Source of the DNA: Candidatus Poribacteria bacterium
GTDB lineage: Bacteria; Poribacteria; WGA-4E; WGA-3G
DNA length: 64,000 nt
Direction of reading: 5' to 3'
NCBI GenBank assembly: GCA_965220325.1
Contig: OZ244821.1
Coordinates: 5,189,644 to 5,253,643, forward strand
The notes under the pieces are model-generated. The model did not search any database, had not been told where the DNA came from, and worked only from the letters and a program-made list of their open reading frames with translations. The translations under genes and the position numbers were made by a program. Within the stretch, counting starts at the first letter, position 1. Each line of letters opens with the position of its first letter. Shown here piece by piece: positions 29,462-40,280 of the stretch.

Positions 29462-30304
29462 TCAAAGGATTTCAAAACAGGTTAAACATTGTCTTGCATA
29501 AGCTGGCAACCCGTCCTTCGGCGCCTCACGTAAATAGCCGACAGGTGCGCAGATCGCTCGGATGTTGCCGATTTGCATATCAACCGCTCGGTGCGTATGT
29601 CCAAAGAGGACGTGTGTAACGAGCGGTTCCTCTAAACAGCACTCACCGAGGCGTTTACTGCCCATGAACGCCCGAAAGAAGTCCCACGGCAATTCACCAC
29701 GGTATTGGATACACGCTCGGAACGGAACGTGGTGCGTAACAACAATAATACGGGACACATCGTTTCGGACAGTGGCGATTTGTGTTTCCAGGTCCACCTG
29801 AAACCGTTGGGCAATAGCACAATCGGTATCCGACCATTTGGCGTACCGTTTATCATTCCAGACGGCTCCCATCAACGTCTTTTCGGCATATTCGGCATCA
29901 GAGAAATCGTAGCCATCTGGTGCGAAACTATAATCGTACCAACCGATAGTCCCACAGAAACCGATCCGTTCCTTGATAAACGGTGCCTCCATCAACGGGT
30001 GAAATCCACATTCATGACAGAGTTTCGAGATAATTTCACACTTCAGTTCGCTTGTGACGTCTGTCGTTTCCGTTGCCCAGATGTCGTGGTTGCCCGGGAC
30101 GAACAATTTTTGACAGGCTAAATCAGCGAGATGAAAAGCGTTTAGCGTTTCAGAAAGTTGCACGAGATGTCGGGCAAGATCGCCAGCAAGTACAAAAACG
30201 TCAAATTCTGCCGTCTTCACTGCCTCAATAAGATGTGGGACGAGTGCTTTATTGAACGGTGTAACGTCTGTGTGCAAGTCTGAAATAAGTCCAATCTTCA
30301 TCAA
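29462..30304 (-). CDS. metallophosphoesterase
   Basis: SDLH, AGD, PGNHD, THHVP, GHTH. Confidence 0.9.
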   Translation of the reverse strand: MMKIGLISDLHTDVTPFNKALVPHLIEAVKTAEFDVFVLAGDLARHLVQLSETLNAFHLADLACQKLFVPGNHDIWATETTDVTSELKCEIISKLCHECGFHPLMEAPFIKERIGFCGTIGWYDYSFAPDGYDFSDAEYAEKTLMGAVWNDKRYAKWSDTDCAIAQRFQVDLETQIATVRNDVSRIIVVTHHVPFRACIQYRGELPWDFFRAFMGSKRLGECCLEEPLVTHVLFGHTHRAVDMQIGNIRAICAPVGYLREAPKDGLPAYARQCLTCFEIL

Positions 30305-30340
30305 CAGCCCACAATCTGTTGCGCGAGTTTTTCGGGTTAC

Positions 30341-31789
30341 TTACATTGATTTCTGTTCTAAATTTTTGAAGACCTCGTCCAAGAAAATGCGGATACCGCT
30401 GTCCTCATCTGCTTGGTACTGTGCCCGTTGGCGTTCGAGAGCTTGCAGCGAAGGTGCGTCCCCGATCTTAGCGATAGCATCAACAAGTGTGAGTTGGATC
30501 GCGGGTTCGGAGGTATTTTCGAGTGCCTGAATTAGCCGATCCCGTGCTTTAGTTCCGCCGATTCCACCGAGTGCAGAAGCGGCAATGTCCTTCGTGCTGG
30601 TATCGCCGTTTTCAAAAGCGGCGATGAGTGCCTCAACAGCGGGTTCGCCAATCTGACTCAGTGTTAATCCTGCTTGGAAGCGGATTCCCGGAATTTCTGC
30701 GGAATTATCAAGGACAGTGACGAGTGCGTCGATTGCCGAGACAGGTTTAAGGATTCCGAGTATTGCGAGGCACGCGCGTCGAATCTCTTGCTCCGGTTCC
30801 ACTGTAATTTGGATATATGCCTGTACGAGTTCTGCGAGCTGCCCCTCGTTAATTTTCTCGTAGAGTGCCTCGGACCTGTGCCTGAATTGCGTTCCGAAAG
30901 GTGCCTCAAGTGTTGCTGTGTTCTCGGTTCGGTCTACAGTAAGCAGTTCGAGGATCGCAGCGGCTTCGAGGTGCTGCGGTTCGATGCTATCGGCAGGGAG
31001 TTGGTTCACATTTGCCCGCTGAAATTGTTGGAAGAGGTCGTTTAAAACGCTTAATTCCACGAGGCGTTGCAGGCTGCTGATTGACGCTTTTCGGAGCGAG
31101 AGTTCTGTGCTATTCTTGAAGATATCGATTAACGGTTCAATCGCGCGGACATCCCCCAAATTGCCGAGTGCGCTCACAGCGGCAATTTTCACACCTATGA
31201 GTTCAGTGGTTCGGAAAGTCACCTGCTGTTTCGAGAGTTTTGCGAGGACCTTTTTATAGTCATCAAGGCTATAGATTTTCCGTTCATCGACAATCTTCTC
31301 AACAATGTCGCCGACCTGAATATCCGAGTTTGCGGCAGGTGTGCCGGGTTGGACCTCTTTGACTCGCACCGTGCCACTGCCTTCAACGCTTAATCCGACA
31401 TTATCGCCTCGTCTACGGAGTGCTACTCGGAGCGGTAGTTTGTCTTTCAGATAAAGCACGAAGTTATTATCTTCTTCCAAGCCGTTTTTCATGGCGTCAT
31501 TAAAGTCGCTGACAGTTTTGATAGGATATTCGGCGATAACATAAGAGATGAGTTCACCGCTCTCAAGTTGTGCCCGATCGGCAGGTCCGTTCGGCGTGAC
31601 TTCCGTAACAACGACGCCACTGGTAGACCAGCGGTTCATGAGATCGCTGTCTAATTTCTGTACCCGCATTTGCAAGCGTTCATCGTAGTGCTGGTTGTCG
31701 CAACCGCTGGCTACGATAATCAGTCCCAAAATGGGTAAGATAAACACCAAGCATTGGCGTTTGTCGAACCTTTTTATTTTCTGTATCAT
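30341..31789 (-). CDS. lipoprotein with tandem PDZ domains and HEAT repeats
   Basis: ASGC lipobox; VTEVTPNGPADRAQL and VKEVQPGTPAANSDIQVGD PDZ motifs; ALGNLGDVRAIEPL HEAT units. Confidence 0.78.
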   Translation of the reverse strand: MIQKIKRFDKRQCLVFILPILGLIIVASGCDNQHYDERLQMRVQKLDSDLMNRWSTSGVVVTEVTPNGPADRAQLESGELISYVIAEYPIKTVSDFNDAMKNGLEEDNNFVLYLKDKLPLRVALRRRGDNVGLSVEGSGTVRVKEVQPGTPAANSDIQVGDIVEKIVDERKIYSLDDYKKVLAKLSKQQVTFRTTELIGVKIAAVSALGNLGDVRAIEPLIDIFKNSTELSLRKASISSLQRLVELSVLNDLFQQFQRANVNQLPADSIEPQHLEAAAILELLTVDRTENTATLEAPFGTQFRHRSEALYEKINEGQLAELVQAYIQITVEPEQEIRRACLAILGILKPVSAIDALVTVLDNSAEIPGIRFQAGLTLSQIGEPAVEALIAAFENGDTSTKDIAASALGGIGGTKARDRLIQALENTSEPAIQLTLVDAIAKIGDAPSLQALERQRAQYQADEDSGIRIFLDEVFKNLEQKSM

Positions 31790-31868
31790 GGAGGTTCCTT
31801 TTGGTTTATATAGTCTTTAGGATGACCGATTGCGAGGTGTGGCGAAAAGTATGCGTATGCCTCACGGC

Positions 31869-32753
31869 TCAATTAAGTGGAACGACGACATCTCGGTTGC
31901 TCTGTTCTTTCAAAGCATCTAAAAGAGGCTCTACAACCTTCGCGTCGCCGAGTACTGCCAATGTCCGGATAGCGTCAACGCGGAGTGAGGACCCTTTATT
32001 TTCGACGATTTTGACCAACTCTGGTACAGCGGTGCCGCCGATTTTTCCGAGAGCCTCTACAGCGAGTTGTCGAACTTCGGGTTCTTCTCGGTCGCGTTCG
32101 GACCTTGCAGCGCCGGATTCGATGAGTGCAGCGAGTGCCGGTATCGCCTCTTCACTGCCAGCTTCGCCAAGTGCTTTGACGACATTCAATCGGGTTTCCG
32201 TCCGTCCATGCTCCAATAGTTTTACCAAAAGAGGTACAATCGTGTTGGGGTCGTCCTGACCGAGGTGTCCGAGGACCCAATGTGCATTGTGTCTATCTCG
32301 GTTATCACTCGACTTAATTGCCTTTTGAAGTTGATTCAGGAGTTGTTTTCGGTCACCTTGGTTATAGACCCGTTTTAGTGCGTCAAGAGCTGCATTCTGT
32401 ATATCTAAGTCATCATCGCGAAGCGTCTCAAAAACGAGTCTTTCGAGATACTTCCGTTTTTCTGCTTGATATGCGAGGAACATGTGTTTTCCGCGTTCGG
32501 TAACGGATGCCTCTTCCCAGTCCGTGGTATTCGGTTCATAAAATTCTTGGGAATTGTAAAGTCCGAGCAGATAATGTGCTTCAGCGTTATCAATCTGTTG
32601 CTGAATTGCGAGTTTAAATTCTCGAACCGCGCGCTCCTCTTTACGTCGTTTATCCGATTTGATTAATTCTTTGCCCTTAGCAAGATTTTCATTCTGTGTG
32701 CCGCATCCGAGAATAAAAAGGACGAGTGCAAGGGCAAACCAGATTTTCTTCAT
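31869..32753 (-). CDS. lipoprotein with TPR-like and HEAT repeats
   Basis: ILGC lipobox; NAEAHYLLG; VRQLAVEALGKIG HEAT units. Confidence 0.75.
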   Translation of the reverse strand: MKKIWFALALVLFILGCGTQNENLAKGKELIKSDKRRKEERAVREFKLAIQQQIDNAEAHYLLGLYNSQEFYEPNTTDWEEASVTERGKHMFLAYQAEKRKYLERLVFETLRDDDLDIQNAALDALKRVYNQGDRKQLLNQLQKAIKSSDNRDRHNAHWVLGHLGQDDPNTIVPLLVKLLEHGRTETRLNVVKALGEAGSEEAIPALAALIESGAARSERDREEPEVRQLAVEALGKIGGTAVPELVKIVENKGSSLRVDAIRTLAVLGDAKVVEPLLDALKEQSNRDVVVPLN

Positions 32754-32816
32754 AATCTATTCTCCTGCGTGATCAGCAATACTCGAGAAGCCTGTCAGAT
32801 ATATTGGCGTTCCGCG

Positions 32817-33356
32817 CTAATCCTCAAGAAGTGTCTGCTGTTCAGTCCCGTTCTCGGAAGACTGTTCCTCCTGTTCTTCCTCCGCGTCCGTTTCTTCATC
32901 TGCTTCATTTGCTTCAAGCGCTTTCTGGAGGACAACGAGCGGTTTTTCAGAGAAACCCCAATCCTTATATCTCTGTATGACGCTCTTTTCTGAAGTCGGG
33001 AGTTCTATTTCGAGCGTTTTTGCCCCTTCACCGGCTGCAGTCGTCTCGGCAGCGGCCATGAGGTGGTCAGCCACGCCTAATTGACGGAAAGGACCCGACA
33101 CGACAAGATCACCGACTGTCGCTATTTCAGGGTCATTGGCATCCTCTTTCACGGAAATTTGTCCGATCGGGTAGCCGCTGACCTCGGCGACGAGTCGATG
33201 CGTTTGGCTTCCCTTTGCCAAATCTGCTTTTAATGCGTCCGTAATTTCTTTCTCGTCTTTTTCGGGGAAACAAAATTGATGTAAAGGTGCTGCATCTTTC
33301 TGTTGAGCCGGGCGCACTTTCACGGCACCGGACAAGCTGAAATCTTGATTTGCCAT
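32817..33356 (-). CDS. GNAT family N-acetyltransferase
   Basis: LVVSGPFRQLGVA acetyl-CoA motif, YKDWGF; acidic tail. Confidence 0.8.
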   Translation of the reverse strand: MANQDFSLSGAVKVRPAQQKDAAPLHQFCFPEKDEKEITDALKADLAKGSQTHRLVAEVSGYPIGQISVKEDANDPEIATVGDLVVSGPFRQLGVADHLMAAAETTAAGEGAKTLEIELPTSEKSVIQRYKDWGFSEKPLVVLQKALEANEADEETDAEEEQEEQSSENGTEQQTLLED

Positions 33357-33544
33357 AACTTTCTCCTTATAGTTGTTCTCAGACTGTCGGTCTCATTAGG
33401 GACCGAATGTCAGTTTGCCTGTATATCCGGCATCAATATTTACTTAATTCATCATTGTAATATATATCGTTTTGTATTACAAGCACTTTTTTGTTTTGAA
33501 ATGTGAATTTATATAGGGAGCGATGTAGTCCGTCCACTTCGGTA

Positions 33545-36007
33545 TCACTCAGGCTCTGGACCAGACTCTGGGCCAGACTCTGGGCGGATTTTGAACCCTT
33601 CGATTTCAAATCCGTCGATTTCGCTAACATTTTCTGCTGGCGTTGCAGGAAGGTTCTCCTGTCCGATTCGCAGCTGCCGTTCGGCATCAATAACGTCTCT
33701 GTTAATTTTTTCGATGCAGCGGTTGAGTTTATCAACAAGGGCAGTATGTCCAGTCATTGCGCGACGGATTTGACGGAGTTGATCGATGACGAGTCGAAAG
33801 GTTCGGACGAAGTCACCCGCATCTAAATGTGCGTATTTTTCGAGTTCGTTAAATTCGCAACCTCGGCTCCACGCCAGCATTGCGGTACAAAGACGGAGTT
33901 CCAACACAGGCGTAATTTCTGTTATTTCATGCTCGACTTCTAAACGCTGGATGTCTGAAATTTTAGTGCTGACAGTGTACAATATATCCAATAAACGCTC
34001 GTCTTTGAGCCGTTTATAGTAGGCGTTCTTACGCGGTTCTGAAATAATTGCGACCATGAGACAGTTAATTTCATCTTCGGTCAACTTTTCAAAGAAACCG
34101 CTAAATAGCAGTTGGGTCAACTCGATTTCATACCCGTAGATATGGGACGCTGTCTTTCCACGTGGTAGCAGCGATTGCTCTTCGATATAACCTAATTCCT
34201 CGAGGACTCTAAGGCGCGCGGCTATCTGTTCTCTTGGATCGTTGGCGATAACCGTCGTCCGTTTTTTGAGTTTCTGAATCTGAGTTTCCGATTGGCGAAT
34301 CGCGCCGTATCTCGTTGCGCATATTTGGTACTGTTCACATCCGTTACAGAGGCTTTGCGTTTCCCTTTTTTGAAGGTTGTTGATCTTTCGGAACACAATT
34401 TTTAACCTCTTCGCACGCTCCTTTTTCCGTTTCTTGCCCCGTGTCTGTGATAAAATTTGTCTCTTCTCTATATGTAGACGTTGGAGGTATTTTTCACGGT
34501 CCCGCTTGTGGCGATAGTGCTCCTGAATCTGCTCACTTCCATCAATACCGTCATGGATGCATTCCGGTTTTGGTAGTGTCTGGAGCGTCTGCGTTTTATT
34601 TTCAATCTGCTCGTTGAGTTCGGTCAGGCGTACACGGTTTTGGTGGTTGCTGAGACTCATGCTGTAGACATCGTAAATATCATCTCCGTATTTCTCATAA
34701 AGATTAAGTATACTGGAATAGGAGAGATTAAACTGGCTCTCTATGGGTTCCACTTTATCTGTCACAACGGATTTAATTTCGCGTTCATCGGCATACGCCG
34801 GTATAATTTGGGAATGGACGTAACCGATACTGTCAATACCACGTCTACCGGCACGTCCTGCCATTTGGTGATACTCGCGTGCTTTGAGGTGGCGGAACCC
34901 GATCCCGTCGTATTTTTCGAGACTATCAAAAACGACGGAACAGGCGGGCATATTAATACCGACTGCAAAGGTCTCAGTCGTAAAGAGGAGTTGAATCAAC
35001 CCGGAGGTGAACAATCTCTCTACGACCTCTTTGAGTGTCGGTAGCATACCAGCGTGATGATAGGCGATCCCGCGGCTGAGGAGTTTACGAAATTTTGCGA
35101 TATGCTTTTCCTCAGTAATGTCAAATAACCGGCAGAGTTCATCGAACTGTTCCAAAATCTCTGCTTGCTGGCTTTTACTGAGGAATTGTAGCTGTGCGCC
35201 GAGCGCCAATGCGGAAGCGTTCTCCTCACACCCTTTTCGACTAAAACAGAAATAGAGGCACGGGAGCTGTTTCTCACGCTGGAGATGTGGAATAAGTCTT
35301 GTCTGAATAAAATCGGACGGAAGTGCTCTTACAGATTTATTATTTTCGATCTCATATTCTCGTTTACGTTCATCTCGGCGTGCCCTGTTGCGAAGGGGTC
35401 GAATATGTTTTACAGTGCCAATACCGTAATCTTTAAAATAGAGGTGATGTTTTAAAGGGACAGGACGTTCTAGCTCCTCAACAACTTTAATCTCAACATC
35501 TCGGACGCTTTGTATCCATTCCGCGAAGGAGTTGATGTTCGGGATTGTGGCACTCAAGCAGATGAATTTGATATGTTGGGGGGCAAAGATGAGGCTCTCT
35601 TCCCAGACAGTGCCGCGCTCAATATCGTTGATATAGTGGATTTCGTCGAAGATGACATAAGAGACATCCTGTAGCCGTTCGATGTCGTCAAAGATGGTAT
35701 TGCGAAAAATTTCGGTCGTCATCAATAGGACTTGCGCGTATGGATTTAGCACAACATCGCCTGTGACAATACCGATTTTATCGCCGTATTGAGCATAAAA
35801 GTCTCGATACTTCTGATTGCTGAGGGCTTTGATCGGTGCAGTATAGATAACACGGTGGTTTTCCGCAAGACACTTTTCGACTGCATATTCCGCGATAACT
35901 GTTTTACCGGCACCCGTCGGCGCGGTGACAATAACCGAAGTATCCTGATTAATTGCCGCAATGGCCTCCTCCTGAAACCGATCTAATTGTAACCCTTTAT
36001 AAAGCAT
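33545..36007 (-). CDS. Ski2/HelY-like DEIH-box RNA helicase
   Basis: APTGAGKT, PIKALSNQKY, DEIH, LSAT, HHAGML, QMAGRAGRRG, DSHCT-like C-terminus; terminal PESG repeats. Confidence 0.9.
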   Translation of the reverse strand: MLYKGLQLDRFQEEAIAAINQDTSVIVTAPTGAGKTVIAEYAVEKCLAENHRVIYTAPIKALSNQKYRDFYAQYGDKIGIVTGDVVLNPYAQVLLMTTEIFRNTIFDDIERLQDVSYVIFDEIHYINDIERGTVWEESLIFAPQHIKFICLSATIPNINSFAEWIQSVRDVEIKVVEELERPVPLKHHLYFKDYGIGTVKHIRPLRNRARRDERKREYEIENNKSVRALPSDFIQTRLIPHLQREKQLPCLYFCFSRKGCEENASALALGAQLQFLSKSQQAEILEQFDELCRLFDITEEKHIAKFRKLLSRGIAYHHAGMLPTLKEVVERLFTSGLIQLLFTTETFAVGINMPACSVVFDSLEKYDGIGFRHLKAREYHQMAGRAGRRGIDSIGYVHSQIIPAYADEREIKSVVTDKVEPIESQFNLSYSSILNLYEKYGDDIYDVYSMSLSNHQNRVRLTELNEQIENKTQTLQTLPKPECIHDGIDGSEQIQEHYRHKRDREKYLQRLHIEKRQILSQTRGKKRKKERAKRLKIVFRKINNLQKRETQSLCNGCEQYQICATRYGAIRQSETQIQKLKKRTTVIANDPREQIAARLRVLEELGYIEEQSLLPRGKTASHIYGYEIELTQLLFSGFFEKLTEDEINCLMVAIISEPRKNAYYKRLKDERLLDILYTVSTKISDIQRLEVEHEITEITPVLELRLCTAMLAWSRGCEFNELEKYAHLDAGDFVRTFRLVIDQLRQIRRAMTGHTALVDKLNRCIEKINRDVIDAERQLRIGQENLPATPAENVSEIDGFEIEGFKIRPESGPESGPEPE

Positions 36008-36216
36008 TCAGTCCCCTTTGTCCCTTGGTATTTTTCTCCGCCATAAACAAACAACTTAAAGTATGGCGTTGACATTAATTCTAATTGATACGGTATACCT
36101 TTGTCAAGGAAATTGTGTTTAGCGTTCTATCTGCAGGGTTGTAATACAGTTTGGAGGTATGTTATACTACATCGAAGTTTCACGCTATTTTCGTTTAGAG
36201 GACCTAAACACCTACC

Positions 36217-36951
36217 ATGCACATTAAAGTATTCGATTACCCTTTAATCCATATCTCGGCTGGCACGTTCACCATGGGGACGATCCCGACTGGGCTCCGG
36301 AAGACGGACCCAGAAGAACCGCAACGCAGTGTGACGCTTGATGCTTACGCCATCGGCGCGTATCAGGTCACGAATACACAGTACGCTCGGTTTCTGGAGG
36401 ATGTGGATCATTTATCGCCGCCATTCTGGAGCGATGACCGTTTCAATGCCCCCGATTATCCGGTTGTCGGTGTGAGTTGGGACGATGCGATAGATTTTGT
36501 GGAGTGGCTCAACGCGATTGAAAACCGTGGCGCTGAATCAATAGCGTACCGTTTGCCGACGGAGGCGGAGTGGGAGAAGGCGGCTCGTGGCACAGATGCT
36601 CGCGAGTACCCTTGGGGAGATACATGGGATGCAAGTCGTGCGAACACCTCGGAATCGCGAAAGGGTCGATTGATGCCGGTGGGGAGTTATCCATCCGGTG
36701 TGAGTCCTTACAAGTGCTACGATATGGCAGGCAACGCCTACGATTGGTGCAGCGATTGGTTCCACATGGAGACGTATAAACACTCACCTGCGGAAAACCC
36801 GTTGGGTGCAAGTATAGGTCGGCGGCGGGTGATTCGTGGTGGTTCATGGATCGCGAGAGGTGAGTTCGCTGGACGTTGTGCGAACCGTGCAGCTTACGAA
36901 CCGATCCAAAGGGTGCACAGCGTCGGTTTTCGGATTGCTGCGGATCTATAG
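36217..36951 (+). CDS. FGE/SUMF1 family protein
   Basis: RLPTEAEWEKAARG, YPWG, DMAGN, RGGSW, GFR. Confidence 0.88.
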   Translation: MHIKVFDYPLIHISAGTFTMGTIPTGLRKTDPEEPQRSVTLDAYAIGAYQVTNTQYARFLEDVDHLSPPFWSDDRFNAPDYPVVGVSWDDAIDFVEWLNAIENRGAESIAYRLPTEAEWEKAARGTDAREYPWGDTWDASRANTSESRKGRLMPVGSYPSGVSPYKCYDMAGNAYDWCSDWFHMETYKHSPAENPLGASIGRRRVIRGGSWIARGEFAGRCANRAAYEPIQRVHSVGFRIAADL

Positions 36952-36984
36952 TGTTTGCAAGTCTACGCTCAGAAACGGGAGACC

Positions 36985-38124
36985 ATGAATGGTTTCCCTA
37001 CTACGAACAGGATAAATATGCAGAAAAAACAATTAATCGAACACTATCAAGATTTTCGTGAGGCGTTGTTGGATTGGTTCGGACGTTACCGACGCGATCT
37101 GCCGTGGCGAAACACGGACAATCCGTATTACATCTGGGTCTCCGAGGTGATGCTCCAACAGACGCAGGTCAAGAAGGTTGTGGACTACTATGAGAAGTTT
37201 ATCAACCGGTTTCCGCGTGTCCGAGATTTGGCGGATGCCCCGCTCCAAGATGTGCTGAAGGTCTGGGAAGGATTGGGGTATTATGCGAGGGCAAGGAACC
37301 TTCACAAAGCGTCAGAAGTGATCGTGAACGAATTAGACGGAGAGGTTCCAACCGACTATGCGACTTTTCGGAAATTGCCGGGTGTCGGGGATTACAGTGC
37401 GGCGGCGGTGCTGAGCATCGCCTTTAACGCGCCTTATGCTGCAGTGGATGGTAACATCAAGCGTGTATTGGCGCGCCTATTCCTGATGGAGGCACCCATC
37501 AACGATGCGAAGTCGGCGAAACTGTTTCAACAGAAAGCGGACGCGCTTTTGGATCCAAACGAACCCGGATTTTTCAATCAGGCGATGATGGAATTAGGGG
37601 CTGTGATCTGTCGTCCACAATCACCGGCGTGTCTTGTCTGTCCGGTGAACCTGTTTTGTGAAGCGTTCCACGCGACGCAGCAAGCCGAGTTTCCGAAGCG
37701 ACGTGAGACGAAACCTACGCCAGAGCATCATCTCGTCGTCGGGGTCATCTATAACAAGGCAGGCGAGGTGCTGCTGACGCAGCGGCAATTGGACGGGTTG
37801 CTCGGTGGACTCTGGGAATTTCCGGGTGGTCAGATCGAGGAAGGCGAAACGGCAGAAAATGCGTGTGTCCGTAACCTCGGTGAGGTGGTTAACCTGAGTG
37901 TCAGGAATGTGCGGTATCTGACGCGCGTCCGGCACGCTTACACCCATTTCAAGATTGTGGTAGATGTATTTCGGTGTGATTATGAGGCCGGTGAGGTTGT
38001 GTTGAACGGACCGAGAGACGCGAAATGGGTTACGGTTGCGGCACTACAAGACTATCCGCTCCCGCGTGCGACGCATAAGTTTTTAGACGAGCTGATGAAT
38101 AGTTGTCAGCCGTCAGACTGCTGA
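36985..38124 (+). CDS. mutY: A/G-specific adenine glycosylase
   Basis: RDLPWR, WVSEVMLQQTQV, GLGYYARARNL, LPGVGDYS, VDGN, 4Fe-4S Cys cluster, NUDIX-like C-terminus; start could be 37018. Confidence 0.95.
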   Translation: MNGFPTTNRINMQKKQLIEHYQDFREALLDWFGRYRRDLPWRNTDNPYYIWVSEVMLQQTQVKKVVDYYEKFINRFPRVRDLADAPLQDVLKVWEGLGYYARARNLHKASEVIVNELDGEVPTDYATFRKLPGVGDYSAAAVLSIAFNAPYAAVDGNIKRVLARLFLMEAPINDAKSAKLFQQKADALLDPNEPGFFNQAMMELGAVICRPQSPACLVCPVNLFCEAFHATQQAEFPKRRETKPTPEHHLVVGVIYNKAGEVLLTQRQLDGLLGGLWEFPGGQIEEGETAENACVRNLGEVVNLSVRNVRYLTRVRHAYTHFKIVVDVFRCDYEAGEVVLNGPRDAKWVTVAALQDYPLPRATHKFLDELMNSCQPSDC

Positions 38125-38151
38125 CGGCTGACAGTTTCCGACAGCCGATTG

Positions 38152-39105
38152 CTAATTATCCGATCCAAACCGTGCTTCGTATTTTTCCCAGACTTCATCG
38201 GGTAACGGGGTGCTGGCGGCGCGGACGTTTGCTTCGAGTTGCTCAACGTTGAGATTCCCTATATTATTACCTTGAATCCGATCTTCTTTCAGACAGAACT
38301 GGAGTGCAAGTTGAAGCAAACTTATTCCTTCTTCAACGCACCATTCCCAAATTGGGTATGATGCTGCGACATCACCCTCTTTTTTCCAGCGTCCACGTTC
38401 AATTTCTGCATCGATATCGACACCTGTGAGGATACCGCGTAAGATCGACCAGCCGTTCATGACACCGATATCGGCTTCAGCGGCAGCGGGCAGAACCTCG
38501 TCAGCGGCGGTCTGACGGATGAGGTTGTAGTCGTTGAAGCACAAAATGAGATCAACATCGCCTGTCGCCATCGCTTTGAGATGGAAATCGTGCTGACGCA
38601 TCCCGTATCCGACGTAGTTCACGAGTCCGCGGGCTTTACACTGGAGCAAACCGTCAAGTGTGCCACCCTTTTCGAGGGTCGGATCAATTTCGATGGGGTC
38701 GTGGATGAGCATCCCATCAAAGTAGTCTACGTTGAGAAGTTCGAGTTGGTCTTCGAGGTCAGCGATGGCGCGTTCGGCGGAATAGTCGGGTCTGCCCTGT
38801 CCGTAGCCGCCCCACTTTGCGGCGGAGTGGCAGCAGAGTCTGCCGGTGATGATGACATCTTCTCGCGGGATCTCCTTCATCGCCAATCCGAGTTTCCGCA
38901 GGGAATCCCCGTAGCAGCGGGCGCAATCGAAATGGTTCACCCCGATGGATATCGAGTGTTTGATGAGTGCGATAGCGTCCTCATCAGAAACGAAGCCGAA
39001 GTTATTGCCGAACCCCTGCGTACCGAACGGGATGACAGGGATACTCAGTTCCGTTCTTCCTAACCGTCGTCTCGGAATTGCAGGTAGGTCTTGGTTGGTT
39101 TCCAT
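38152..39105 (-). CDS. aldo/keto reductase
   Basis: RRLGRTEL, HFDCARCYG, LELLNVDYFDGMLIHDP. Confidence 0.85.
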   Translation of the reverse strand: METNQDLPAIPRRRLGRTELSIPVIPFGTQGFGNNFGFVSDEDAIALIKHSISIGVNHFDCARCYGDSLRKLGLAMKEIPREDVIITGRLCCHSAAKWGGYGQGRPDYSAERAIADLEDQLELLNVDYFDGMLIHDPIEIDPTLEKGGTLDGLLQCKARGLVNYVGYGMRQHDFHLKAMATGDVDLILCFNDYNLIRQTAADEVLPAAAEADIGVMNGWSILRGILTGVDIDAEIERGRWKKEGDVAASYPIWEWCVEEGISLLQLALQFCLKEDRIQGNNIGNLNVEQLEANVRAASTPLPDEVWEKYEARFGSDN

Positions 39106-39120
39106 AAAATTCCTCGCTGT

Positions 39121-39215
39121 TGGTTATCAGCCATCAGCCATCAGCCACCAGCCAGAGTGTGTAACTTCATCAGAAACCTCTTGCTGAAAGCCGAAAGCCG
39201 ATAGCCGAAAGCCAT
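39121..39215. repeat. heptamer inverted-arm element (CAGCCAT / AGCCGAA)
   Basis: tcagccatcagccatcagccaccagcc ... ctgaaagccgaaagccgatagccgaaagcc; related short form at 38101-38133. Confidence 0.65.
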
Positions 39216-39839
39216 TTAATATTGATCTGAGCCTTCAAGTGGAAGTGGCACTACCCAGACGTTCCGATACCTAACATCATTGCCGTGGTCTTGTAGGCGG
39301 AGGGGTCCCGGCTCGGCAGCTGCCCCTATGCTCCCGCCTGTTCCGCCTGCCAACTGTGCGTTGTTGATGATGACCAAGCCGTTCTGGATAACGGTTATAC
39401 GGGGCCCTTCCGTCCCTTCGCCGTTGTCGTTGAACCGCGGGGCGCGGAAGATGACATCGTAGGTCTGCCATTCAAGCGGTGGCTTGCAAGCGTTAACGAG
39501 CGGTGCGAATTGGTTGTAAATTGCGCCGCAGTCGCCTTTTCCGGGGGCTTCAATGCCATAGGAATCCAGGACCTGAACTTCGTATCTACCTTGGAGGAAG
39601 ACACCACTGTTGCCTTTCGCCTGACCAGAGGCTTCGGGCATATCGGGGCATCTGAATTCAATGTGAAGGAAATGATCTGTGAAGGTTTCCTTGGAGATGA
39701 TGTCTCCGGTGCGTGGAATGACGAGCATTGCGCCGTCTTCGACTTTCCAACCCGGTTCATCACCGTTTAGGTTCGTCCAATTGCTGAGGTCTGTGCCGTC
39801 AAAGAGTATAACAGCAGATTCTGGTGGTGTTTGTGTCAT
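39216..39839 (-). CDS. DUF1080 (3-keto-disaccharide hydrolase-like) protein
   Basis: LFDGTDLSNW, GNSGVFLQGRYEVQVLDS, LQDHGNDVRYRNVW. Confidence 0.88.
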   Translation of the reverse strand: MTQTPPESAVILFDGTDLSNWTNLNGDEPGWKVEDGAMLVIPRTGDIISKETFTDHFLHIEFRCPDMPEASGQAKGNSGVFLQGRYEVQVLDSYGIEAPGKGDCGAIYNQFAPLVNACKPPLEWQTYDVIFRAPRFNDNGEGTEGPRITVIQNGLVIINNAQLAGGTGGSIGAAAEPGPLRLQDHGNDVRYRNVWVVPLPLEGSDQY

Positions 39840-40077
39840 GAGTTTTCCTTTCGTATGGACTGCATTTAGAATAACAATTTTGTATGCTTTCAAATTTTAA
39901 TGAATTCTGTTTTTTTGTCAAGGGTTATTGGTTGTCAGTACAATTTTTTTGATGAAGTTTAAGAATTTAATTCGGTAATGCATCAACAACCTCTTGGTAG
40001 GAGTGAGCTGCGCTCGCGATCTTGCAAAAAAAAAACGTTAGCACCTATAAACGAAAACCAAAATCAAAACCGAAAAC

Positions 40078-40180
40078 TATAGTAAAGCTTAGAATTAATA
40101 GGACATTTTATGTAGGTTCGGTTAGGAAACCGAACCTACCGGGGGATGAAAGTGTCTCTTTATTTTTAGGTTTCACTATA
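40078..40180. mobile_element. MITE-like element: TATAGT... inverted repeats around a GTAGGTTCGGTT REP hairpin
   Basis: tatagtaaagcttagaattaataggacattt / aagtgtctctttatttttaggtttcactata; core gtaggttcggttaggaaaccgaacctac. Confidence 0.6.
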
Positions 40181-40209
40181 AATACCCCTATTTGCTAAAC
40201 CGATTACCG

Positions 40210-40237
40210 TTGACAAAAACATCTGCGTAGATATAAT
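40210..40237 (+). promoter_or_regulatory. sigma-70 promoter of the sulfatase gene
   Basis: TTGACA-N16-TATAAT. Confidence 0.65.
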
Positions 40238-40280
40238 TGTGTGGAAACTTATGAAGTCTCATGAAGGAGTTTCCATCTCC

